Positions 19,190 through 26,502 of a DNA stretch of 64,000 nt are shown here, piece by piece. Made by a program: the position numbers and the translations under genes. This DNA comes from Clostridia bacterium. GTDB taxonomy: Bacteria > Bacillota > Clostridia > Christensenellales > CAG-917. The stretch covers positions 180,964 through 244,963 of the forward strand of contig JAFZMH010000008.1 of assembly GCA_017553325.1 (NCBI GenBank), in the 5' to 3' direction. The notes beneath the pieces are model-generated. The model saw only the letters and a program-made list of their open reading frames with translations. It ran no database searches and had not been told where the DNA came from. The first letter of the stretch is position 1. Every line of letters begins with the position of its first letter.

Positions 19190-21031
19190 ATGGAAAAACA
19201 AAAAGCACCGAGAGCGAAGGGAGGACTTAGAAAACTCGCAACCTGCGTTGGCGAATTCAAAACCGTGTCGATTATGGCGTCGGTTTTCGTTGCTATCGAA
19301 GTGTTGTTCGAGGTCTTTATTCCGCTTATAATGGCGCAACTCATCAACGTTGGTATGGATGCAGATTCGACGGAATTTACGTTTATGCTCGACCTCGGCA
19401 ACTTGCGCGAGCCGCTCTTTACGATGTACAACCGCGTACACTTTATCATCGTCTGCGGGGCGATGATGATTGGCATGGCGATTTTGTCCTTGCTCTGCGG
19501 GGCGATGTCCGGCAAGTGCGCTGCGTCGGCGTCCACCGGTTTTGCGATGAATTTGAGGAGAAAAGTTTTCTACAAAGTTGAAAACTTCAGTTTCTTGAAC
19601 CTTGACAAATTCAACACCGCAAGCCTCGTCACGCGTCTCACAACCGACGTTGCCAACATTCAAAACTCATATATGGTCATAATCAGGTTGCTCGTTCGCG
19701 CGCCGTTTATGCTCATTATGGCGCTCTGTATGGCGATTTCAATCAGCCCGAAACTCTCGATAATCTTTGGCGTCACGCTCCCGATATTGCTCGTCGGCTT
19801 GCTTGTCGGCGTCAAAGTCGTCTTCCCGAGATTTGAGAAGATGTTGAGAAAATACGACGACCTCAACGAGTCCACGCAAGAAAACTTGATTGGCATTCGC
19901 GCGGTCAAAGCGTACGTCAGAGAGGACTACGAAATCAAACGTTTCAAGTCCGTCAGCGAGACGGTCAGAAAGTTGCAATTCTCCGCAGAGAAGGTCATAG
20001 TGTTCGTCTCGCCGTTTATGCAAATCTTGGTGCACGCCTGTATCATCTGCATAGTTTGGTTCGGCGGAAACGACATCATCGAAGGCGGAATGTTGCTCGG
20101 CGACCTCAGCGCGTTTTTGAGCTACGTTATGCAGATTTTGATGTCGCTTATGATGGTGGCGGTGTCCTTCCTCATGATAGTGCTTTCGCGCGCGTCTATG
20201 GACAGAATTGTCGAAGTTTTGGACGAGAAGATTGACATCGAGGACACGGAGGGCGCGACGGACGAACTCCCGATTGACGGCTCTATTGACTTTGAAAACG
20301 TCAATTTTTCATACAGCAAAAACCCCAACAATCTCAACCTCTCGAACATTGACTTGCACATAAAATCGGGCGAGACTGTTGGTATCATCGGCGGTACGGG
20401 CTCGGCAAAGACCTCGCTCGTACAACTTATCCCGCGCCTTTACGACGTGCTGGACGGTTCCGTTAAAGTGGGCGGCAAGGACGTCAGAGAATACAAAATC
20501 GAGCCGCTTCGCGAGGCTGTCGGTATGGTGCTCCAAAAGAATACGCTGTTCTCGGGCACGATAAAGGAGAACCTCTTGTGGGGCAACAAGGACGCGACGG
20601 ACGAGGAGATTTACGACGCGGCGAAGGCGGCGCAGGCTCACGACTTTATTATGTCCTTCCCAAAGGGCTATGAAACCGACTTGGGACAGGGCGGCGTCAA
20701 CGTGTCCGGCGGACAGAAGCAACGTCTTTGCATAGCGCGTGCGCTTCTCAAAAAGCCGAAGATTATGATTTTGGACGATTCGACGTCCGCAGTCGATACG
20801 GCGACGGACGCGGCGATAAGAGCGGGGCTCAAAGAAAAATTCGGCGATACGACGGTGCTCATCATCGCACAGCGTATCGCGTCCGTGCAGGAAGCGGACA
20901 AGATAGTCGTCATGAACGACGGCAAGATTGACGCCGTAGGCACGCACGAGGAACTCCTCGCGCACAACGAAATCTACCGTGACGTGTATATGTCTCAACA
21001 GCACGGCTCGGACGAAGGGGAGGTGAAGTGA
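19190..21031 (+). CDS. ABC exporter permease/ATPase, degenerate-site subunit of a heterodimer
   Basis: A TMD is followed by an NBD. The Walker A is GGTGSAKT (deviant), the signature is VSGGQKQR, and the Walker B is ILDDSTS (D replaces the catalytic E). The start could be 19190 or 19163. Confidence 0.88.
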   Translation: MEKQKAPRAKGGLRKLATCVGEFKTVSIMASVFVAIEVLFEVFIPLIMAQLINVGMDADSTEFTFMLDLGNLREPLFTMYNRVHFIIVCGAMMIGMAILSLLCGAMSGKCAASASTGFAMNLRRKVFYKVENFSFLNLDKFNTASLVTRLTTDVANIQNSYMVIIRLLVRAPFMLIMALCMAISISPKLSIIFGVTLPILLVGLLVGVKVVFPRFEKMLRKYDDLNESTQENLIGIRAVKAYVREDYEIKRFKSVSETVRKLQFSAEKVIVFVSPFMQILVHACIICIVWFGGNDIIEGGMLLGDLSAFLSYVMQILMSLMMVAVSFLMIVLSRASMDRIVEVLDEKIDIEDTEGATDELPIDGSIDFENVNFSYSKNPNNLNLSNIDLHIKSGETVGIIGGTGSAKTSLVQLIPRLYDVLDGSVKVGGKDVREYKIEPLREAVGMVLQKNTLFSGTIKENLLWGNKDATDEEIYDAAKAAQAHDFIMSFPKGYETDLGQGGVNVSGGQKQRLCIARALLKKPKIMILDDSTSAVDTATDAAIRAGLKEKFGDTTVLIIAQRIASVQEADKIVVMNDGKIDAVGTHEELLAHNEIYRDVYMSQQHGSDEGEVK

Positions 21032-21032
21032 T

Positions 21033-22961
21033 ATGCCGGGACCAAGAGGAAATGCGGCAATTCAAAAAGGCAAAGGTTTCCGCGCGGCAAGTCCGATGAA
21101 GACCTTCAAACGTATTCTCACCTATCTCAAACCGTTTAGAGTCAGGCTGATTTTTGCCGTGCTCGCGATGATTGCAAACGTCGTCACGAACATAGCGGGG
21201 ACGTTTATGCTGTCCATCGCCATAAACGACTACATTTTGCCGCTCTTCAAGCACGAGTACGTCAGTTTCGGCGCGCTCACGGGCATAGCGGCGCTCGGCG
21301 GTTTTGTCGCGGTTATGGCGAGCATATATCTGTTCGGCGCGTTTTTGCAATATATTTCGCACTACGTCATAATCGGCGCGACGACGAAAGTGCTTGAAAA
21401 CGTCCGCAACGAGATGTTCGAAAAGATGGAAAAACTGCCCATCAAATACTTCGATACGCACACGCACGGCGACATTATGAGCCTTTACACCAACGACACG
21501 GACACTTTGCGCGAACTTCTGTCCAACGGTTTGCCCAACCTCATCACCAACGCGTGCACGATATTGGGTATGTTTATTGCGATGCTCATTTTGTCTCCGC
21601 TCCTTACGCTCGTCTCCGTTGCGATGCTTGCAATCATGCTTCTCATCACAAAGACGATAGCGGGCAAGAGCGGGAAGCACTTTGTGCTTCAACAGCGTCA
21701 AGTCGGTGCGCTCAACGGGTTTATAGAGGAGCACATGGACGGGCTGAAAGTCGTCAAAGTGTTCTGCCACGAGCAAGAGGAAAAAGCGGACTTTGACAGC
21801 CACAATCAAACGCTCCGCGGAGCGTCCAAAAAGGCGCACACCTACGCGAACGTACTCATGCCGATTATGGGCAATCTTTCCTACGTCTCTTATGCGATAA
21901 CGGCAATCGTGGGCACGATACTCACGATAAACGGTTTCGGCGGTATGAACTGGGGCAAACTCGTGTCCTTTATGCAATACTCCCGTCAATTTTCCAACCC
22001 GCTCTCGCAGATTGCGCAGCAGATGAACGGAATTTTGATGGCGCTTGCAGGTGCGGAACGTATCTTTGAACTCATAGACCAAGAACCCGAACAGGACGAA
22101 GGCTACGTCAAACTCGTCAACGCGAGAGAGGACGAAGACGGCAATATGATAGAGTGCGAAGAATACACGGGTATGTGGGCGTGGAAACACTACCACAAAG
22201 CCACGGACACGACCACTTTCGTCAAGTGGCGCGGGGAAGTGGAGTTTGAAAACGTATCCTTTGGATACGATCCGGAAAAGACCGTGCTCAAAAACGTCAC
22301 GTTTGAGGCAAAGCCGGGACAAAAGTTTGCTCTCGTCGGCTCCACGGGCGCAGGCAAGACCACGATTACAAACCTCATAAACCGATTCTACGATATAAAC
22401 GAAGGCAAGATACGCTATGACGACATCAACATCACCAAGATAAACAAGCAGGATCTCCGCCACTCTATGGCGATGGTGCTTCAAGACACACACCTGTTTA
22501 CGGGCACGGTCAGAGACAATATCCGCTTTGGCAAACTTGACGCTACGGACGAAGAAGTGGAGAACGCAGCAAAACTCACAAACGCGGACTATTTTATCCG
22601 CCACTTGCCGGACGGCTACGACACTATGCTCACGGGCGACGGCACCAACCTCTCGCAAGGTCAACGTCAGCTCCTCGCAATCGCAAGGGCGGCTGTTGCA
22701 AACCCGCCTGTGCTCGTTTTGGACGAGGCAACCAGCTCGATCGACACTCGCACCGAGAAACTCATCGAGCAGGGCATGGATGGGCTTATGAAGGGCAGAA
22801 CGGTGTTTGTCATCGCTCACCGTCTCTCCACAGTCCGTAACGCCGACGTGATCCTCGTGCTTGAACATGGCGAGATCATCGAACGCGGTAACCACGATGA
22901 GTTGATTGCCCTCAAGGGTAAGTATTATCAGCTTTATACTGGTGCTTTCGAACTCGACTAA
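21033..22961 (+). CDS. ABC exporter permease/ATPase, consensus-site subunit
   Basis: The Walker A is GSTGAGKT, the Walker B is VLVLDEATSSID, and the signature is deviant (LSQGQRQ). It starts 1 nt after the upstream stop. Confidence 0.9.
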   Translation: MPGPRGNAAIQKGKGFRAASPMKTFKRILTYLKPFRVRLIFAVLAMIANVVTNIAGTFMLSIAINDYILPLFKHEYVSFGALTGIAALGGFVAVMASIYLFGAFLQYISHYVIIGATTKVLENVRNEMFEKMEKLPIKYFDTHTHGDIMSLYTNDTDTLRELLSNGLPNLITNACTILGMFIAMLILSPLLTLVSVAMLAIMLLITKTIAGKSGKHFVLQQRQVGALNGFIEEHMDGLKVVKVFCHEQEEKADFDSHNQTLRGASKKAHTYANVLMPIMGNLSYVSYAITAIVGTILTINGFGGMNWGKLVSFMQYSRQFSNPLSQIAQQMNGILMALAGAERIFELIDQEPEQDEGYVKLVNAREDEDGNMIECEEYTGMWAWKHYHKATDTTTFVKWRGEVEFENVSFGYDPEKTVLKNVTFEAKPGQKFALVGSTGAGKTTITNLINRFYDINEGKIRYDDINITKINKQDLRHSMAMVLQDTHLFTGTVRDNIRFGKLDATDEEVENAAKLTNADYFIRHLPDGYDTMLTGDGTNLSQGQRQLLAIARAAVANPPVLVLDEATSSIDTRTEKLIEQGMDGLMKGRTVFVIAHRLSTVRNADVILVLEHGEIIERGNHDELIALKGKYYQLYTGAFELD

Positions 22962-23082
22962 ACCGCGCTATTTGGCGACCTGCTTTGTCATGTTTGCGTG
23001 CACTCGCACACCGTGTACGCTCTTGTACACTGGGTGGCTCGCGTGCGCACCTTTCGCGCATCTCATCCAAATAATCGCGGTT
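22961..23082 (+). repeat. Stop-codon-anchored palindromic element, copy A
   Basis: AACCGCGCTATTTGG | CGACCTGCTTTGTCA (box1) | imperfect hairpin with apex GTGTACgctcttGTACAC | TTTCGCGCATCTCATC (box2) | CCAAATAATCGCGGTT. It is flanked by TA (22959-60) and TA (23083-84). Its first A completes the TAA stop. Confidence 0.8.
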
Positions 23083-23115
23083 TAGCAAACTGTAGTTGAT
23101 ATGGAATAAAAAAAT

Positions 23116-23143
23116 AAAACCTTCGCATTTGCGAAGGTTTTTT
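23116..23143. terminator. Bidirectional terminator (ABC exporter / C-protein gene)
   Basis: AAAACCTTCGC-attt-GCGAAGGTTTTTT. Confidence 0.85.
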
Positions 23144-23342
23144 AATTTTCAAGTCCAAGTATATAATCTGTTGTTTCGTTGAAAAACTTTGCGAGGGCAA
23201 CGATTGCTGATGCTGTCGGCTCAGTTTTGCCGAGCTCCCATTTTGCAATCGCCGATTGGCTAAAGCCAATTTCTTTTGATAAATCCATTTGACTTATGCC
23301 TTTGGACTCTCTCAACTCTTTCAATCTTTCCTTGAATTCCAT
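23142..23342 (-). CDS. XRE-family HTH protein, probable controller (C) protein of the adjacent R-M system
   Basis: It is 66 aa with the HTH ISQMDLSKEIGFSQSAIAKWE. It is divergent from the M-R genes. TATAAT ends 6 nt before the ATG, so it appears leaderless, as described for several C-protein genes. Confidence 0.7.
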   Translation of the reverse strand: MEFKERLKELRESKGISQMDLSKEIGFSQSAIAKWELGKTEPTASAIVALAKFFNETTDYILGLEN

Positions 23343-23359
23343 ATTTTCATTATAGCCGT

Positions 23360-23430
23360 GTCAAGTCTAAAAATACTTGACAAGTCTTATAAGACTTAAT
23401 ATAATTAAATTCAAGTATTAAAAGACTTGA
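23360..23430. promoter_or_regulatory. Divergent R-M control region: three palindromic operators plus a consensus promoter for M-R
   Basis: O1 is GTCAAGTCTaaaaATACTTGAC (23360-81). O2 is the perfect palindrome AAGTCTTATAAGACTT (23382-97). O3 is TCAAGTATTAAAAGACTTGA (23411-30). TTGACA (23377-82), a 17-nt spacer and TATAAT (23400-05) place O2 within the spacer. Confidence 0.7.
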
Positions 23431-23439
23431 AGGATCTCT

Positions 23440-24123
23440 ATGCCAATTTCTACAAAAGGTCAAAATCCAAACAATAAATATAAGGCTAATTTCAAAAACA
23501 AGGCAGATGGTCTTGACCTTTTAAGGCATATTGATGACAAGTCAATAAAGGTTGTTTTTTTTGATCCTCAATATAGAGGGGTTCTTGATAAACTTAAGTA
23601 TGGGAATGAAGGTGTTAGTCGAGGAAAGGGAAGAGCAGAGCTTACACAAATGAGCTTTGAGACTATACATGAATTCTTGTTTGAAATACAAAGAGTTTTA
23701 GTGCCCAATGGTTATTTGTTTTTGTGGGTTGATAAGTTCCATTTGGTTGAAGGTGTAAAGCAATGGTTTGCTGATTTGAACGAGTTAGACACCGTTGATA
23801 TGATAACCTGGAACAAAAAAAGAATGGGAATGGGTTATAGGACAAGGAGAATTAGCGAGTATCTTGTTGTTGTTCAAAAACAACCTCGGCTTGCAAAATC
23901 TACTTGGTCAATACACAATATTCCAGATGTTTGGGACGAAGAAGTAAAAAAAATACATCCGCATACAAAACCTATTAAACTGCAGGCAAAACTAATTTCT
24001 GCGACAACAGAAGCAGGTGATTTTGTTTGTGATCCAGCAGCGGGTGGATATTCAGTTCTTGAAGCATGTAAGTATACAAACAGAAATTTTATTGGTGGAG
24101 ATATTGAATTTGGGGAGGAATAA
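23440..24123 (+). CDS. DNA methyltransferase, beta-class N6A/N4C type (type II R-M)
   Basis: Motif IV DPQY (aa 42-45) precedes HPHTKPIKL and motif I FVCDPAAGGYSVLEA. This order is typical of the N4/N6 (PF01555-like) family. Confidence 0.88.
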   Translation: MPISTKGQNPNNKYKANFKNKADGLDLLRHIDDKSIKVVFFDPQYRGVLDKLKYGNEGVSRGKGRAELTQMSFETIHEFLFEIQRVLVPNGYLFLWVDKFHLVEGVKQWFADLNELDTVDMITWNKKRMGMGYRTRRISEYLVVVQKQPRLAKSTWSIHNIPDVWDEEVKKIHPHTKPIKLQAKLISATTEAGDFVCDPAAGGYSVLEACKYTNRNFIGGDIEFGEE

Positions 24124-24125
24124 CA

Positions 24126-24821
24126 ATGGCGAAAATTGCTAATGCACGTGGGCGTAGTGATGGTGGTTCAGGATATACGCGTGTACTGAAAAATGATGAA
24201 CTTGGTGTTTTGGTCAGTCGCGTTCAAGCAACCGTTATTTCTAATGGCAATGAACTCGAACGATTAATTTTAGAACGCACAAATAATATTGATAATTTGG
24301 ACAATTTTATTGATGAAACAATTGACGCAAAAACGGTCGACGGTGTTTATTTGTGCCCCAAAAGAGTATATGCAAAATCAAGATACTTGATTTACGATAA
24401 CCAAAACAATAAAATCGAACCTGATTTACTTATATTTATAGTTGAACAACGAAGAATTTGCAAGGTTGTTGAACTTAAAGATGGCGATGCTTTTGATACT
24501 AAAAAATCGGCAGGAGAAAAGCAACATTTGGAAGAGTTTGTTTTAAAATTTGGCTCTCAAATACCGTTTGTTGCAGAATACTATATATGCTGTTTTAATC
24601 AAACTGATAAAAACATTATTTTTACTGGCTTTAAAGGAGCATTTGATATGGCTCACATTTTGACTGGTAGAGATTTGTGCAATATATTAAGAATTAACTA
24701 TGATGAGATAGTTGAAAAAAGAAAGGCTGACGCAGAAGACAATTTTGAATACTTTTTGAACCAACTTATTGCAATTGATGAAGTCAATAATTATTTAAAG
24801 AATAAATTAAAGGCTGTTTAA
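24126..24821 (+). CDS. Putative type II restriction endonuclease (PD-(D/E)xK)
   Basis: It starts 2 nt after the methylase stop, with a GGAGG SD. IEPDLLIFIVEQRRICKVVELKDG gives a PD...ELK catalytic motif. I cannot recall a family match. Confidence 0.6.
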   Translation: MAKIANARGRSDGGSGYTRVLKNDELGVLVSRVQATVISNGNELERLILERTNNIDNLDNFIDETIDAKTVDGVYLCPKRVYAKSRYLIYDNQNNKIEPDLLIFIVEQRRICKVVELKDGDAFDTKKSAGEKQHLEEFVLKFGSQIPFVAEYYICCFNQTDKNIIFTGFKGAFDMAHILTGRDLCNILRINYDEIVEKRKADAEDNFEYFLNQLIAIDEVNNYLKNKLKAV

Positions 24822-24824
24822 TTT

Positions 24825-24954
24825 ATTTAACGCTTTGATTTAGATGAGATGCGCGAAAACAAAATAAATCACCCCGCCCAATGTACTAAAACGTACATGA
24901 CGGGGTGCATTTTTTGTAGTTGACAAAGCAGGTCGCTAAATCAAAGCGTTAAAT
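24825..24954 (-). repeat. Stop-codon-anchored palindromic element, copy B (reverse orientation, belongs to the trkH 3' end)
   Basis: Has a perfect 19-bp outer repeat, ATTTAACGCTTTGATTTAG / CTAAATCAAAGCGTTAAAT. Box1 (24921-35) and box2 (24843-58) are identical to copy A. The inner hairpin CACCCCGCCCAATGTACtaaaacGTACATGACGGGGTG is followed by T-runs on both strands. Confidence 0.8.
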
Positions 24955-26477
24955 CACGCCTTTTTCCAAGACTTATAGTAGAACAGCATAAGGATAGGTA
25001 TAATCTCAAGTCTGCCGATAAGCATATCGAACATAAGGACGATTTTTTCCAGTATGCCGTAGTTTGCAAAGTTGCCGAGTGGGCCGACTGCGCCGATGCC
25101 GGGACCTATGTTGTTGAGGCAGGAGATGACGGCGGAGAGGTTGGTGGCGATGCCCTCTGCGTTCTTGTACGGGGAGAGGATGGCGAGGATGAGCGTCGAG
25201 AATATCAAGATGAGGATGTAGATGATAAAGAAGTTTTGAATTTCCTCGACGGTTGAGTCAGGCAGAGCCTTGCCGTCCATTTTGACCGTTTGAACCGAGC
25301 GCGGAGAGTTGAGTTTGCGCACGTGGTTGATGGACGATTTGGTGAGGATGATGGCTCTTGACATCTTCATACCGCCTGCCGTTGAACCTGCCGAACCGCC
25401 TATGCACATGATGAGGAGCATCATGACCTGAATTATCGTCGGCCAAGCGGCAAAGTTGCCGAGTTCGCCAGTGCCGTAGCCCGTTGTGCTCATCATACTT
25501 GCGACGTTGAAGGTGGTGTGTCTGACCGCCTCGGCAAACGTGTAGGTGTGTACGGTGCCGTCCTCAAGCACTATGGACGTATGGCTGCCCATAAGTATTG
25601 CGACGATAGTCGCACACGCACCGATATAGAGCCCGATAAGACAGAACAATTCCTCATTTTTGAGGGACTTGAAGTGCCCGATGAGTATCATATAATAGAG
25701 GTTGAAGTTGACGGAGAAGAGAAGCATAAACACGGTGATTACAACTTCGATGCTGACCGAGTTGTATGCGCCTATGCTTGAACCCATAACCGAGAACCCG
25801 CCTGTCGATGCGGTTGAAAACGCGTGGCAGAAACTGTCAAACACCGGCATCCCACAGATGCAGAGTATTGCGACCAAGATGAGGGTGAGCACGATGTACA
25901 TCGCGTAGAGAATTTGCGACGTGAAGCGAAGTTTGCCCACAAGTTTACCAAATTGATAGCCGGGAATCTCCGCTTTTGCAAGCGCGGTGGACGCCTTGTC
26001 GTTTTTCGGCAAAACCGCAATGACGAACACGAGCACGCCCATACCGCCTATCCACTGTGTGAGCGCACGCCAGAAGAGGAGAGATTTCGACATATCAAAA
26101 TAGCCGTCAGGTCTCACCCGCGTCAAAATGCTCGAGCCTGTGGTTGTAAAGCCGGAAATCGTCTCAAATAGCGCGTCGATATAGTGGGGGATCGCTCCCG
26201 AAATACGGAATGGGATCGCGCCGATAAGTCCAAGCAATATCCACGCAAGTCCGCACATAACGAAACCGCTTTGAGGTCGGAGATTGCGTTTGTCCTTTGG
26301 CGGGCGCACGATAACGCCGACCGCGCCGAGTACGACTGCGATTGCGATTGCGATGCCAAAGGCGAGTATTGTTTTGTCCTCGTGATAGCCAAGCGCCATA
26401 AACATCGGGATGCACATGAGCGCGCCGACGATAAGCAAGATTTCTCCGAGAACGTATGCTGTCAGTCTATAATTCAT
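24954..26477 (-). CDS. trkH: Trk/Ktr-type potassium uptake protein, membrane subunit
   Basis: A 507-aa polytopic protein with TrkH-type repeated pore motifs (TTTGSS, STGGFS, TTGYGTG, GSTAGG). Confidence 0.9.
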   Translation of the reverse strand: MNYRLTAYVLGEILLIVGALMCIPMFMALGYHEDKTILAFGIAIAIAVVLGAVGVIVRPPKDKRNLRPQSGFVMCGLAWILLGLIGAIPFRISGAIPHYIDALFETISGFTTTGSSILTRVRPDGYFDMSKSLLFWRALTQWIGGMGVLVFVIAVLPKNDKASTALAKAEIPGYQFGKLVGKLRFTSQILYAMYIVLTLILVAILCICGMPVFDSFCHAFSTASTGGFSVMGSSIGAYNSVSIEVVITVFMLLFSVNFNLYYMILIGHFKSLKNEELFCLIGLYIGACATIVAILMGSHTSIVLEDGTVHTYTFAEAVRHTTFNVASMMSTTGYGTGELGNFAAWPTIIQVMMLLIMCIGGSAGSTAGGMKMSRAIILTKSSINHVRKLNSPRSVQTVKMDGKALPDSTVEEIQNFFIIYILILIFSTLILAILSPYKNAEGIATNLSAVISCLNNIGPGIGAVGPLGNFANYGILEKIVLMFDMLIGRLEIIPILMLFYYKSWKKA

Positions 26478-26502
26478 AATTCCTTCACGGCAGAGCCGAT
26501 TT

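Noticed and set aside
20910-22895. Very long antisense ORF (661 aa) opposite the second ABC exporter gene. Similar ones lie at 13614..15059, 33520..34644, 40137..41066, 37592..38614, 58428..59318, 60866..61714 and 11718..12245.
   Set aside because: Each lies fully inside a gene with strong family motifs on the other strand. Their products are Arg/His/Val/Phe-rich with no motif or RBS. They are typical shadow ORFs.
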